Positions 11,366 through 25,145 are shown, counted from the stretch's first letter. The stretch: 64,000 nucleotides of DNA from Cetorhinus maximus (GCF_964194155.1 NC_135901.1:5518001-5582000), one strand, 5' to 3'. Notes: generated by a model from the sequence alone, not told the origin. A program made the numbers and translations.

Positions 11366-12319
11366 GGTTGCTGGACATCAGTGCGCAGGTGCAATCCCGC
11401 CTCGAGTTTGGAGCATGGGCAGTGTATGAGGGCGAAGGAAAGCTGCTTGTTTGTCAGGTCCGCAGCCGGTAAGATAAAGGGCGGAATTGCAGGAGAGATG
11501 CAGCCGGCGGGTGGACGGGCAGGTTTCGTAAACACTTTGAGCCGTTCTGAAGCCAGAATAACAAGCTACCGGTTCCTCGCTGGTATCTGTGGGCGGCAGT
11601 TGCCCCGATCCGCGTTCCTCGGTGAGAGGCCCGGATTAACGACCGCCATCTTGTGCAGCAGGGCGCATGCGCGGTCATCCCTGCCCCTGTCAGCAGGAGG
11701 AGAGAATATTGTGCATTTCTATCCTGGACTGACAGGGATGGAGTTTGGAAAATGATTAATTCATTGATTTTATTGTCAGTCTGCAGACAGGAGCCGGAGA
11801 ACTGAACCCAGGCAGAGGAGAGGGAGGGAGAAAACTGGGAGTGGAGGAAAGAAATGGTGGAGATGGGTTTGGATTTCAGCCCAGGGAGGAGGGAGAGTGT
11901 GTGGGACGGGAATTTACAGCTTTGGGGGAACAAGAGAGAAAACAATATTCCATTAAAACTAGAATTGTCTGTTCTGAATTTCCATCCCGGACTGACAGTG
12001 ATGATTTTTATAAACTCGTTTCCCAGAGTATTAGAAGGGAAGGATTTGCAGATGTGAAACTCAAACCAAACATCTTCTGACAGAGTCACTTGATTCACCA
12101 GGACCTGAATATTCTCAGACTTTGAATGTGGAAGGAGAAATGTTTGTCTGTTCTGTCAGTGGGGAAAGATACTGAACTTCAGTGTCACTGGATAAACACC
12201 GAGGCACACACACACACACCCAAGTGAGAGTGTTCAGTGAACTGACTGTGGAAAGAGCTTTAACCAGTTAAACAGCCTGAAAAAGCATCACATCGTTCAC
12301 AGTTTGGAAAACCATACAC

Positions 12320-13054
12320 ATGTTCTGTGTCTGGACAAGGTTTCAACTAATCATTCAACCTGGAGAGACACAAGGACACCCACACTATGGAGAACTGTGG
12401 AAATGTGAGGACTGTGGGAAAGGATTCAGTTACCCATCCCTGCTGGAAAACCATCGACGCAGTCACACAGGGGAAAGGCCATTCACCTGCTCTGTGTGTG
12501 GGGAGGGATTTACTCAGTCATCTGGCCTTTGGTCACACCAGCGAATTCACACTGAGGAGAAGCTATTCAGCTGCACTTCCTGTGGAAAGAGGTTCAGGCA
12601 CTCTTCAGCACTCACTGTACAACAATGCACCCAAATTGGGGAGAGGCCGTTCACCTGCTCCGAGTGTGGGAAGGGATTCACTCAGTCATTCCATCTTCTG
12701 ACACACCAGCGAGTTCACACTGGAGAGAGGCTGTTCACTTGCACTTCCTGTGGAAAGAGTTTCAGACAGGCATCCTCCCTCATTTTACACCAGCGAGTTC
12801 ACACTGCGGAGAGACCGTTCACATGCTCCGTTTGTGGGAAAGGATTCAGTCGGTCATCCAACCTCACTGCACACCAGCGAGTTCACACTAGGGAGAGGCT
12901 GTTCACTTGCTCGCTGTGTGGGAAGGGATTTGCAAAGTCTTTCAACCTGCTGACCACCAACGCACTCACATTGAGAAGAGGTTATTCAACTCTCGGTGTG
13001 TGGGAAGGGATTCACTCAGTCACGATGCCTCCTGAGACATCAGCAAGTTCATAA
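12320..13054 (+). CDS. C2H2 zinc-finger locus 2, degenerate (5 intact fingers; possibly a pseudogene)
   Basis: 244-aa ORF. The family-typical ATG (12387) is out of frame owing to a 1-nt deletion, finger 3 lacks both His, and there is a frameshift in finger 7. Acceptor AG at 12025-12026. Confidence 0.6.
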   Translation: MFCVWTRFQLIIQPGETQGHPHYGELWKCEDCGKGFSYPSLLENHRRSHTGERPFTCSVCGEGFTQSSGLWSHQRIHTEEKLFSCTSCGKRFRHSSALTVQQCTQIGERPFTCSECGKGFTQSFHLLTHQRVHTGERLFTCTSCGKSFRQASSLILHQRVHTAERPFTCSVCGKGFSRSSNLTAHQRVHTRERLFTCSLCGKGFAKSFNLLTTNALTLRRGYSTLGVWEGIHSVTMPPETSASS

Positions 13055-13439
13055 GTGACTGCAGGGGTTGGATCCTGCTGTTCTTGCTGCTTGTAAGCTT
13101 GTTTAATATTGATAGTCTGGCAATATTTTGTTTCTGCTGATGTTAACAACCCTATAACTGGCCGGAGTCTAATATTCTGAAGGTGTCACTGATTTTCAGG
13201 GCTGCAATGTCCCTTTTTAAAAGCACCATCTGTGATCCTTCCCCTTAATTTGAAAAACTTTCAGCAGGACCCCCTTGACAAAATTATGAACTTTTACTAC
13301 AATCGTAAATTGATATTTGGTGAAAAATCTACAATTCAGTGTCTGAAAGATTCAACTGCAGGGATCTAAATTTTTTTTTCAATGCCAATGGGAAGAGGAT
13401 AACCAGGGAAAGAGTAGGGCCCATTAGGGACCAATGGGC

Positions 13440-14790
13440 CTTGACATCTTGACCAACATTCAAGGCTATGGGCCAAGTGCTGGTAAATGGGATTAGGTAG
13501 GTAGGTCAGGTGTTTCTCACATGTTGATGCAGAATCGATGGGCCAAAGGGCCTCTTCTGCACTCTGTGATTCTGAGACGATTTCAGGTGTGACGGGAAAA
13601 ATGCAGAGACACACAAACCCAGGTTAGAGCATTCCTGAAGAACTGTGTTCAGTTCTGGGCAACAAACATCAGGAAAGATAGAATGGCCTAGGAGGGAGTG
13701 TAGCACATATTTACCTGAGTGATCTGAGCTCCAAGGGTTAAGTTACAGAATGAGATTACACATAAGAGTCACAGAGTCATTATGGCACAGAGGAGGCCAT
13801 TAGACTCATTGAGTCCATGCCAGCTATGTAGAGCAATCCAATCAGTCCCGTTCCCCTGCTCTAATATCCTTGCAAGTTTATTTCCCTCATGCTTCTGTCC
13901 AATTTCCTTTTGAAATCACTACCATGTCCATTTCCACCCCCCTCATAGGCAGTAACCTCCAGGTCATCACCACTCACTGTGTAAAGATATTCTTCCTCAC
14001 ATCTCCCGCAGCTTTTACCCAAAATTTTAAACCTCTGTCCTTGAGTCCTTGTATGATCAGCTGATGGGAATAGCTTTTCTTTGTCCACCATATCTAAACC
14101 TGTCATAATCTCGTACACCTCTCCAAATCTCCCCTCAACCTCCTTTGCAGGAACCATTCTGGTAAATCTCCTCTGCACCTTCTCAATGACCTTCACATCC
14201 TCCCTAAAGTGAGGTGACCAGAACTGGATGCAATTCTCAAATTGTGGCCTAACCAGAGCTTTATAAAGAATTCAACATAACTTTCCTGTTTTTGTTCTCA
14301 ATATCACTATTTATGAAGCTCAAGATCTAATCGGCTTTGCTAACCACTCTCGTAATACATTCTGTCACCTTCAGAGATCAAAGCCATGAAGCCCCAGGTC
14401 CCTCTGTCCCTGCTCACTCTTTAGAGCTGTGCCATGAATAATATTTTCCCTCTCCCTATTCCTCCTGATAAAATACATCACCTCACTGTGAGGGTTGTAA
14501 TCCCTGGAATTTATAAGATTAAAAGCTGATTTGATCAAAGTTTTTGGGATATTGGAACTGACAGGATAGATAGAGAGGAACTATTTCCACTGGTTGGGGA
14601 ATCTAGGACCAGTGGGCAGAGGCTAAACATAGAATCAGGTTCTAGCACCTTTTCAGGGAAAGGGTTCCAGATCAGAACAATTCTCTGTTGGTGCACTTCC
14701 CTGTTTTTGTACTCAGTACCTCTATTTATGAAGCCCAAGACCCCCATATGCTTCACTGATACCCCCTCAATCTGTCCTGCCACACGAAAT
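13440..14790. mobile_element. mosaic of CR1 3' fragments in both orientations
   Basis: KVQRRFTRMVP and DKEKLFP motifs on minus ORF 13861-14196; CR1 3' UTR at 13450-13575. Confidence 0.75.
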
Positions 14791-14864
14791 TGGTTCCACA
14801 AATGGTTTAATCATCACTCGTACTCACAGAACCTACATAATGATACAAGATTTAAAATAGTTCC

Positions 14865-15756
14865 TGTAATATGTGCCCTGAACACCACACACCCGTCCCT
14901 AAGGTTATGTCATCCCATCTACAAGGACCTTGATGTTCGGATGATAAGGGAATTATCCAGGAATTTCATAAGTCAGAATGCAGGGAGAGAGATGGGTGGA
15001 CTATGACCACCCAGTAGCCAAGACCCCGGTGTTAAGGCAGTTTTGGGAAAACACCGCGATCGTCCCTGTGATAGTGACACCAGTAAAAAGGGTGGAGGGA
15101 AGAGAGGGATCAGTGACTGGGCTGGAATAGGGGCCACGGCTGGCACGGCCGCTGGGAAGCACTTAGACATGGAGAATATTTGGGAACAGGACGAGGCTGT
15201 GAGGCAGCAATGGACAGGAATCTTCAGTAAAAGAAATAAAAGGCAGAGAGATGAAATCCTGGAACAACAAGAAGGAGTGAAATCCAGAAAAGAGATGGTG
15301 GACGGACGGATCGAGAGAAAAGGAACGGTCAGTGAGATCATTCAGCAGAATAAGATTGAGGTGAAAAGTCAGAACATGTCTAAAGCTGTTCCCTGTGTGA
15401 TGTAAGGAGGGTTTTTATTGGATCAGATACAACAAGGCCAGGAGGACATTGAAAAGCAATAGAGAGTCCAACAATAGAGAGCCCAAAGGGTCTGGAGGGG
15501 GGAGAGTTAATAAACTCAGGGAATCACAGGCTGCACGAACCTCAAGTGTGACCCCAGACCCATTGTAAAGCAGTGAACAAATAAATCCCTGATTTTACTG
15601 AGACTCTTTTCCGTGTCGCAGCTCCTGTAAATACTGACGGGAAAGGGACTGGAATCTCAGGAGGCTCCAAACCGCTGACTGCTCGTGTGGAAGTGATCTC
15701 CAATCAGATTAACGTGCTTCTGCTGTGAGTATTCAATAAAGTGTCTGAACCTCTCA
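14865..15756 (+). mobile_element. possible LTR-like sequence
   Basis: TG...CA-bounded stretch with AATAAA near the 3' end; no TSD recognised. Confidence 0.25.
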
Positions 15757-16692
15757 TTGTGCTTCCTGTCCAGTATCCCCCTCATCCATGGACTTTCTGT
15801 TTTACCAACTGGGGGAAACAAAATGCCCGTTCACTGATTGGTCTCGATGGCGGCTGGTTTATCCAGAATGCCCTGTGGGTCAGAAGGTCCCCTATCAATG
15901 AGAACAGGAACCCAGAGCGCCAGCGTGGGGACCGGGCTGTGCTCTGAGGCAGGGGCACAGCTGGGCGATGTTACTGAGGTGGAAATGGGTGGTTTTAGTG
16001 ATTTGTAGTCAGAAGCTCAGCTTGGGCTGAAACATGACAACAAGATTGTGAACAGTCTGGTTCAGCCTCAGAGACTGCAAGAGGGATGGAGTCGGTGGTT
16101 AGGGAGTGGAGACAATGGCTTTCATCTTCCCAACATTTAAATGGAGGAAATTTCTGCTCATCCAGTACTGGATGTCAGACAAGTTAGGACAGTGTGTGAG
16201 TTGGAGGTGATGGTGTTCATTGACACCTGTTACCTTCATACTTCTAGGTAGTGGATGTTGAGGGTTTGGGATATTCTGCCAAAGTTCTGGTTGAGCTGAA
16301 GATGTATTAAACACATCTTCACCCCCTGCACCTCCCACCTCTCTCTTTCATCCCATGGAGGCCAGAGTCTTGTGTAGACCCAGACCAGGTGACAGGTTCC
16401 ATTCCCTGAAGGACATTAGTGAACCAGTTGGGTTTTTATGACAATCCGGCAGTTTTCGTGGTCACTTTTCCCTCGTGCCGGCCCCACAAATTACCAGATT
16501 CATTCAGCTCAATTTCACAACCTGCATTTGTGTTTTTGTGGATTCTCTCTCACACCTTTTTTTCTGTTTTAAATCAATTTCACAGGGTATTAGAAGGGGA
16601 TGATTTGCAGTCGGGAAACAGAAACAAAACATCACAGCAGAATCTGACATTCGCTCGATTTATCATAACCTGAATATCATTTGATTTTGAAC

Positions 16693-18486
16693 ATGGAAGG
16701 AAAAAGTACCATTCACAGTGGAGAGAAATCGTACATGTGTTCTGTGTGTAGACGAGGCTTCAACCGATCATCTGGCCTGTCAAGACACCAGCGCAGCCAC
16801 ATCGGGGAGAAACCATGGAAATGTGGGGACTGGGGGAAGGGATTCAGATTCCCGTCAGAGCTGGAAGAGCATCGGCGGAGTCACACTGGGGAGAGGCCGT
16901 TCACCTGCTCAACGTGTGGGAAGGGGTTTACTCTTTCAAGCTACCTGCTGAGCCACCAGCGAGTTCACAGTGAAGAGAGACCTTTTAAATGCCCAGACTG
17001 TGGGAAGTGCTTTAAAAGTTCCTGCGAGCTGATGTCCCATCAACGTGTTCACACTGACGAGAGACCGTTCAGGTGCTCTCAATGCAGGACTGGGTTCTGG
17101 CGATCATTTCAACTCACTGTACACCAGCGAATTCACACTGGGGAGAGGCCATTCACCTGCCCTCAGTGTGGGAAGGGATTCACTCAGTCATCTCACCTGC
17201 TGACACACCAGCGAGTTCACACTGGGGAGAGGCCATTCACCTGCCCCCAGTGTGAGAAGGGATTCACTCAGTTATCTAGCCTGCTGACACACCAACGATT
17301 TCACACTGGGGAGAGGCCATTCACCTGCCCTCAGTGTGGGAAGAGATTCACTACCTCATCCAAGCTGCTGACACACCAGCAAATTCACACTGGGGAGAAG
17401 CCATTCATCTGCCCTCAGTGTGGGAAGAGATTCACTACCTCATCCAACCTGCTGGCACACCAACGAATTCACACTGGGGAGAAGCCATTCATCTGCCCTC
17501 AGTGTGGGAAGGGATTCACTCAGTTATCTAGCCTGCTGACACACCAACGAATTCACACTGGGGAGAAGCCATTCACCTGCCCTCAGTGTGGGAAGGGGTT
17601 CACTCAGTCATCTCACCTGCTGACACACCAGCGAGTTCACACTGGGGAGAGGCCATTCACCTGCCCTCAGTGTGGGAAGGGATTCACTCAGTCATCTCAC
17701 CTGCTGACACACCAGCGAGTTCACACTGGGGAGAGGCCATTCACCTGCCCCCAGTGTGAGAAGGGATTCACTCAGTTATCTAGCCTGCTGACACACCAAC
17801 GATTTCACACTGGGGAGAGGCCATTCACCTGCCCTCAGTGTGGGAAGAGATTCACTACCTCATCCAAGCTGCTGACACACCAGCAAATTCACACTGGGGA
17901 GAAGCCATTCATCTGCCCTCAGTGTGGGAAGAGATTCACTACCTCATCCAACCTGCTGGCACACCAACGAATTCACACTGGGGAGAAGCCATTCATCTGC
18001 CCTCAGTGTGGGAAGGGATTCACTCAGTTATCTAGCCTGCTGACACACCAACGAATTCACACTGGGGAGAAGCCATTCACCTGCCCTCAGTGTGGGAAGG
18101 GGTTCACTCAGTCATCTCACCTGCTGACACACCAGCGAGTTCACACTGGGGAGAGGCCATTCACCTGCCCTCAGTGTGGGAAGAGATTCACTACCTCATC
18201 CAACCTGCTGACACACCAACGAATTCACACTGGGGAGAGGCCATTCACTTGCCTCCAGTGTGGGAAGGCATTTATTAATTCATCCCACCTGCTGACACAC
18301 CAACGAATTCACACTGGGGAGAAGCCATTCACCTGCCCCCGTTGTGGGAAGGGATTCACTACCTCATCCAAGCTGCTGACACACCAACGAGTTCACACTG
18401 GGGAGAGGCCATTCATCTGCCCCCATTGTGGGAAAGGATTCACTACCTCATCCAACCTGCTGACACACCAGCGAGTTCACAAGTAA
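16693..18486 (+). CDS. C2H2 zinc-finger protein, 21 fingers, 597 aa (locus 3)
   Basis: Intact ORF from aacATGG at 16693 with TGE(R/K)PF linkers, ending HQRVHK*; acceptor AG at 16584-16585; conserved 3' UTR with AATAAA at about 18611. Confidence 0.92.
   Translation: MEGKSTIHSGEKSYMCSVCRRGFNRSSGLSRHQRSHIGEKPWKCGDWGKGFRFPSELEEHRRSHTGERPFTCSTCGKGFTLSSYLLSHQRVHSEERPFKCPDCGKCFKSSCELMSHQRVHTDERPFRCSQCRTGFWRSFQLTVHQRIHTGERPFTCPQCGKGFTQSSHLLTHQRVHTGERPFTCPQCEKGFTQLSSLLTHQRFHTGERPFTCPQCGKRFTTSSKLLTHQQIHTGEKPFICPQCGKRFTTSSNLLAHQRIHTGEKPFICPQCGKGFTQLSSLLTHQRIHTGEKPFTCPQCGKGFTQSSHLLTHQRVHTGERPFTCPQCGKGFTQSSHLLTHQRVHTGERPFTCPQCEKGFTQLSSLLTHQRFHTGERPFTCPQCGKRFTTSSKLLTHQQIHTGEKPFICPQCGKRFTTSSNLLAHQRIHTGEKPFICPQCGKGFTQLSSLLTHQRIHTGEKPFTCPQCGKGFTQSSHLLTHQRVHTGERPFTCPQCGKRFTTSSNLLTHQRIHTGERPFTCLQCGKAFINSSHLLTHQRIHTGEKPFTCPRCGKGFTTSSKLLTHQRVHTGERPFICPHCGKGFTTSSNLLTHQRVHK
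17132..18183 (+). repeat. 504-bp (6-finger) tandem duplication within the ZNF array
   Basis: Fingers 6-11 equal fingers 12-17; identical off-frame ORFs at 17334 and 17838 are offset by 504 bp. Confidence 0.9.
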
Positions 18487-18689
18487 CTAAAGTGGTGGGA
18501 TTTTGCTGGTAATCACATCCAGGACCGAACCATGTTCATTGGGATCTGTTTCTGCTGATGTTAATAAACTACAGACCACTTAGGGGGGCTAGTATTCTGG
18601 ATAAATATCAAATAAATTAGTTTTGTGTTAAAAGACACAATGTGTTGAACCTTTTTAATATCTCTAACACAAGTTCATTCCTTTTGAAA

Positions 18690-19042
18690 TGCTCTCCCTC
18701 CATCCTCACCCCCAACAACTGGTGTGAGGATCTCATGGAGCTTCTTTATCACTAAGATTGAGACAATCGGATCAGCTGCCTCTGTTGCTTCCCTCCTTTC
18801 CACTCGCCCTCCCTAAAGTTCCCCATTACCCGAGCTCTGAACTCTCATCTTTCTGTTTTTTCCCTTCCATCTCCCCTCATGCCCTCTCAGAGTTCATCTT
18901 GTCCATGAAATTCACCTCTTGCTCTATTGACCCTACACCCACTAAACTACTGATCAATCAACTTCCCCATTTTCACTGAATATGTCAACAGTTTTCTCTC
19001 TCAAGTACTGTCCATCTCTCCTTCAAATCTGCCATCATTATA
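18690..19042 (+). mobile_element. L2 LINE fragment (left half, split by CR1)
   Basis: Matches the L2-type sequence at about 44100-44520 (reverse) and continues at 22984. Confidence 0.65.
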
Positions 19043-22000
19043 CCCATAGAACCATAGAAAAGTTACAGCACCGGAGGCCATTCGGCCCATCTTGTCCATG
19101 CCAGCCCGAGGACACCCAGGTGCTCTTTCTAATCCCACCTTCCTGCACCTGGCCCATAGCTCTGTAGCTTACAGCACTTAAGGTGCAGATCCAAGTACTT
19201 TTTAAAAGAGCTTAGAGTTCCTGCCTCTACCACCAACGTGGTCAGCGAATTCCAGACACCCACTGCCCTCTGCGTAAAAAAGTTCTTCCTCATGTCCCCC
19301 CTATACCTTCTGCCACTTATCTTGAATCTATGTCCCCTGGTTTTAGAATTCTCCACCAAGGGAAACAATTTTATCCTGTCCACTCTATCTATTCCCCTCA
19401 TCATTTTGTACACCTCAATCAAGTCACCTCTCAGCCTTCTTTGTTTAAGGAAAATAACCCCAACCTATCCAATCTCTCCTCGTAGCTACACTTTTCTAAC
19501 CCTGGCAACATTCTTGTAAACCTCCTCTGCACTCTCTCCAGAGTTATTATGTCCTTCCTGTAATGTGGTGACCAGAACTGCACACAATACTCCAGTTGTG
19601 GCCTCACCAGTGTTTTATACAATTCCAACATTATATCCTTACTTTTATATTCTATACCTCTGCCAATGAAGGAGAGCATTCCATATGCCTTCTTTACAAC
19701 CTTGTCTACCTGAACTGCTGCCTTCAGGGACCTGTGTACTTGTAGGCCAAGATCTCTCACTTCATCTACCCCTCTTAGTATATTCCCATTTATTGTGTAA
19801 TCCCTGTAACTGTTTGACCTCCCTAAATGTATGACCTCACACTTCTCTATGTTAAAATCCATCTGCCACTTTACCGCCCACTGCACCAACCCATCTATAT
19901 CGTTTTGGAGATTATGGCTATCCTCTACACTATGCACTGCTTGGCCAATCTTTATGTCATCGGCAAATTTCCCAATCTTTCCCCCAACGTTCACATCCAA
20001 ATCGTTAATATATAACACAAACAGCAAGGGTCCCAACACTGAGCCCTGTGGAACACCACATGAGACAACTTTCCATTCGCAAGGGCATCCATTGACCATT
20101 ACCCTTTGTTTCCTGTTACAAAGCCAACCTTTTATCCAGTTTGCCACATTACCCTGAATCCCACGGGCTTTTACTTTCCTGACCAGTCTGCCATGTGGGA
20201 CCTTGTCAAATGCCTTGCTAAAATCCATGTACACAACATCCACTGCACTACCTTCATCAACCCTTCTTGTCACTTCCTCAAAAAATTCAATCAAATTTGT
20301 GAGGCAAGACCTTCCTTTAACAAATCTATGCTGACCATCCCTGACTGGTCCATACCTTTCCACCTGACAGTTAATCCAATCTCTCAGGATTGATTCTACT
20401 AATTTGCTCACTGCTGATGTAAGACTAACTGGCCTATAATTGTTTGGCATTTCCTTTGATCCCTTTTTAAACAATGGAACTACATTTGCATTTCTCCAGT
20501 ACCTCCCCTGCATCTAGTGAAGATTGGAAAATCAACCTCAGAGCATCTGCTATCTTCTCCCTGACTTCCTTCAGCAGACTCGGAAACAATCCATCTGGCC
20601 CTCGTGACTTATCAGCTTTCAAGGATTTCAACCCTTCGAGTACTTCCTCTCTATGACTATCCCGTCCAATATCTCGCAGTGTTCGTCCTGGACTACTCTA
20701 TCTACATCCTCCCTTTCCTTTGTAAACACGGAGACAAAATATTCATTCAAAACCCTTCCCACAGCCTCTGCATCCACACACAAGTTTCCATCTTCATCTC
20801 TGATAGGTCCCACTTTTTCCTTAACTAACCTTTTAGCATTAATGTATTGGTAAAACATCTTTGGGTTATCTTTAACTTTACTTGCTAATCTTTTTTCATG
20901 CCTTCTCTTTGATTTCCTTATTTCCTTTTTTACTTCGTCTAGGCTATCTGCAGTGCTTACTTCTTTGTGCCTATCGTACACTTCCTTTTTCTGTTTGATC
21001 TTCCCCTGTATTCCCCTAGACAACCAGGGTGGTCTAGATTTGGCAGTACCACTCTTATTTTTGTAGGGGACATGTCTACTTTGTACAATTAGGATCTCGC
21101 TTTTTAGTGCTTCCCACTGGTTTTCCACTGTTTTATCCTCCAGCAGTGCTGTTCAGTCCACCTCAACCAAGTCCCTTTTCATTTCTGCAAAATTTGCCTT
21201 CCCCCAGTTCAAGACTTTTGCTCCTGCCTTATCTCTGTATCTCTGTTCTTTTCCATGGTAATGCTAAATCTAACTGAATTGTGATCACTGTCCCTGATAT
21301 GGTCACCAACTGTCACTTCACCCACTTGCCCTTCTTCATTCCCCAAGACTAAGTCTAGAATTGCATCTCCTCTCATTGGGTTTATCACTAATTGGTTAAA
21401 AAAATTTTCTTGGACACATTGCATGAAGTTTTCTCCCTCAGTTCCCATTATATTGTTTGAATCCCAGTTGATATTAGGATAATTGAAGTCTCCGACTATT
21501 ATTGCCCTCTTGTTCTTACAAGCAGAAATTTGCCTACATATTTGTTCTTCTATCTCCCTTTCACTATTTGGGGGTCTGTAGTATACTCCCAGTAGTGTGA
21601 CTGCCCCTTTTTTATTTCTAAGCTCAATCCATAAAGCCTCGTTTGTTGATCCATTAAGTGTTTCATCCCTTCTCACAATTGGAATTGATTCTTTAACCAT
21701 TAGTGCTACCTGCACCCCTCCCCCATCCTTTTTTAATCTCCTACTCTATCGTGTCTGAAGACTCTATAACCAGGGATATTAAGCTGCCAGCTTTGTCCCT
21801 CCTTTAGCCAGGTCTCCGTTATAGCAATGACATCCTGCTGCCATGTGTCTACCTGTGCCCTTAACTCATCTACCTTGTTTGTAATACTCCTTGCATTGAA
21901 GTTTAAACAGTTTAACCCAGTCAATTTCCCTTGCTGGACACTTTGTAAACTTTGCTTCTCCTGTAACTCCATGTCTATCACAACGTCCCTAGCTAATGTT

Positions 22001-22983
22001 CTACCTCCACTTTTCTGATCTGAATCTGACCTATCTGATCCTACTCCTGGGATCCCATCCCCCTGCCACACTAGTTTAAATACTCCCCAACAGAACTAGC
22101 AAAAGCTCCCACAAGGACACTGGTCCCAGCTCTGCCTGGGTGCAGCCTGTCCGGTTTATACACGTCCCACCTTCCCCAGAACCAGTCCCAGTGCCTCAAG
22201 AATCTGAATCCCTCCCAACTACACCATCTCTCCAGCCACGTATTCATTTGGCCTATCCTCTTATTCCTGCTCTTGCTAGCAGGTGGAACAGGGAGTTATC
22301 CTGAGATTACTACATTTGAGGTCTTATTTTTAAATTTATTTCCGAGCTCCCTAGATTCTGCTTTCAGGCCCTCATCCCTCTTATTACCTATGTTGTTGGT
22401 ACCAATGTGTACCACGACCACTGGCTGTTTACCTTCCCTCCCCAGAATGTCCCGCAGCCGCTCTGTAACATCCTGGACCCTGGCACCAGGGAGGCAACAT
22501 ACCATTCTTGATTCACGTTTGCGGTCACAGAAACGTCTGTCTGTGCCCCTAACTATTGAATCCCCTATCACAATAGCCCTGCCACTTGTTTTCCTCCTGC
22601 CCCTCTGAGCAGCAGAGCCACCCACGGTGCCATGAACTTGGCTGTTGCTGCTTTCCCCCGAGAGGCCATCCCCCCCAACAGTATCCAAAGCGGTATATCT
22701 GTTAGAGAGGGGGATGACCACAGGGGACTCCTGCACTACCTTCCTGAGTCTTTTACTGTTCCTGATGGTCATTCTGCCTGTGTAATCTTCACCTGCGGTG
22801 TGACCACCTCGCTAAACGTGCCATCCATGACTTGCTCAGCATCGCGGATGCTCCACAATGAGTCCACCCGCAGCTCCAGCTCTGAAACCCGATTCGCTAG
22901 AAGCTGCATTTGGACACACCTTCCTCACACATGGTCGCCATGGACGCTGGAAGCGTCCCTCATTTCCCACATCCTGCAGGAGT
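19043..22983 (-). mobile_element. near-full-length CR1 LINE (ORF1 zinc finger + SGNH esterase; ORF2 APE endonuclease + RT), frameshifted
   Basis: ORF1 RAIVIGDSIVRG...VVVHIGTNN; endonuclease FNARSI, ITETWL, VGDFN, SDH; [15 protein letters not shown]; 3' tandem TTCTATGG repeats at about 19043-19060. Confidence 0.93.
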
Positions 22984-23592
22984 CTCAAAAAGCAAATCCT
23001 TGGCCCCACTCTCCTTCCATCTACTGCCCCATCTACAGCCTCTCTGTCCTCTCCAAAGTCCTTGAACGTGTTGCCACCTCCCAAATTCCTGCCCATCTTT
23101 CCCAGAACGCCATGTCTGAATCCCTCCAATCATGTTTCTGCCCCTGCCACAGGACTGAAACAGCTCTTATCAAAGTGACAAATGACATCCTATGTGACTG
23201 TGACAAAGATAAACTCTCCCTTCTCGTCCTCGACCTGTCTGCAGCATTTGATGTTGACCACATCATTCTGCACCTTCACCTCTCCCCTGTCCCCTGGGTG
23301 GGGCTGCTCTCTCCTGGTTCCATTTTTCTCTTTCTAATCATAGCCAGAGTATCACTCACAATGTCTTTCCTCTCAACTCACACAGTTACCTCTCGTGTCC
23401 CCAAAGGCCTCCTCTTATTTCTCATTAACCTGTTCCAATCAATGACATCATCTGAAAACACTGCCACTTATCACATTTACACTAACAGCTCCCAGCTCTG
23501 CCTCACCACCACGTCTCTCGACTTCTCCACTCTTCGTAAATTATCAGACTGTTTGGTGGATGTGTAGAAATTTCCACCAATTAAATACTGGC
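22984..23592 (+). mobile_element. L2 LINE RT fragment (right half)
   Basis: LSKVLERV...HRTETALIKVTNDIL...LDLSAAFD, typical L2 RT. Confidence 0.8.
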
Positions 23593-24184
23593 AAGTCATT
23601 GTTTGAATGGCTGGTAGAAGCAGATTTAGTTATAACTTTCAAAAGTGATTTAGATTTTAATTTAATAAGGAAAGATTTAGAGGGCGATTGGAAAAGAGCA
23701 GGGGAGTGGGACAGAATGGTAACATTTTCAGGGACGGTACAGGCACAATGGGCTGAATGGCCACCATCCCTGCTCCATGATTCTATCATCATGTTTATTA
23801 TGAATCATTATATTATTATAGATGACAGGATCTCCTAACAGTACAGCAGAGAAGGAGGCTGGTTGGCCTATTGAATCTGTGCTGACAAATTCGACGAGCT
23901 ATCCAGTTAGTCCCACTCCCCCATTCTTTACTCATCCCTGCATCATTTCTCCTTCAAATATTTATCCAATTCCTGTTTGAAGGTTACTCTCGAACCTGTA
24001 TCCATCAGATAGTGAATTCCAAATTCTTAACACTTGTTACTGAAAAGATTTCCTCATGATGCTAGTGTAAAAGCAAAATATTGCGGATGCTGGATATCTG
24101 AAATAAAAACAGAAAATGCTGATCAAACTCAGCAGGTCTGACACCACCTGTGGAGAGAGACAGAGTTAACAATTCGATTCCGTA

Positions 24185-25132
24185 TGACTCTCCTTCATTG
24201 CACAATACCAAATATAGGATAGCCTGTTCCCTAGTCGGTTCCTCGACATTCTGGTCTAAAAGACATCTTGTATACTCCAGGAATTCATCCACCACAGTAT
24301 TATTGCTAATTTGGTTTGCCCAGTCTATATGCAGCTTAAAGTCACCCATGATTATCGTAGCACCCTTTTTACATACATCTCTAATTTCCTGTTTAACGCT
24401 GCCCCCTACCTTATCACTACCGTTTGGAGGCTTATAGACAACTCCCACTAATGTTTTCTGCCCTTTGTTGTTTCTTAGCTCCACCCGACTGATTCTAGAT
24501 CTAGATTTTCTGAGCCAATATCCTCTCTCACTACTGCACCGATTTCATCCTTAACTAACAATGCTTTTTGCTTGTCTGTCCTAAATATCGAGTACCCTTG
24601 GATATTCAGTTCCCAGCCTCGGTCACCCTGCAGCCATGTCTCTGTAATCACAGTCATGTCGTACCCGTTTACATTTATTTGCACTGTTAATCCATCTACC
24701 TTATTGCGAATGCTCCATGCATTCAGATACAGTGCTTTTAGACTTGTCTTTTTAACATTTTTTATACATCTCTTTTTGTACTATGGTCCTATTTGCTGCT
24801 AGCCCTTGTTTCCTCTGCCTTCCACTTTTGCTTTCTACTTTTCTATCTTTCATTCCTATCTTTGTTTCCCTTTCTTGTGTCTCCTCACTCAGTTTCCCAT
24901 TCCCCTGCCAGTCTAGTTTAAACCCTCCCCCACAGTACTAGCAAATACCCCTGTGAGGATACTGGTCCTGGTCCTGCTGGGGTGCAACCCAATCAGCTTT
25001 TACATGTCCCATCGTTCCCAGAATCAATCTCCATGCCTCAGGAATCTAAATCCCTCCCTCCTACATCATCTCTCCAGCCATGCATTCATCCAGTCTATTC
25101 TCCTATTCCTGATCTCGCTCGCACATGGTGCT
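24185..25132 (-). mobile_element. CR1 LINE fragment (ORF1 end/endonuclease)
   Basis: ITETWLQGD, GVVYKPPN, IIMGDF and EPTREQAIL motifs. Confidence 0.85.
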
Positions 25133-25145
25133 GGATTCCCCATAC

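Noticed and set aside
11426-11468. Coding first exon or KRAB-like domain for locus 2
   Set aside because: The ATG-led frame spliced to the 12027 acceptor meets TAG within three codons, and there is no KRAB-like motif.
17073-18278. Alternative-frame ORFs (MWEEIHYL..., HWGEAIHL...)
   Set aside because: Standard shifted-frame shadows of C2H2 repeats.
22632-23567. 311-aa ORF
   Set aside because: Chance fusion of antisense CR1 ORF1 with a degenerate L2 RT fragment.
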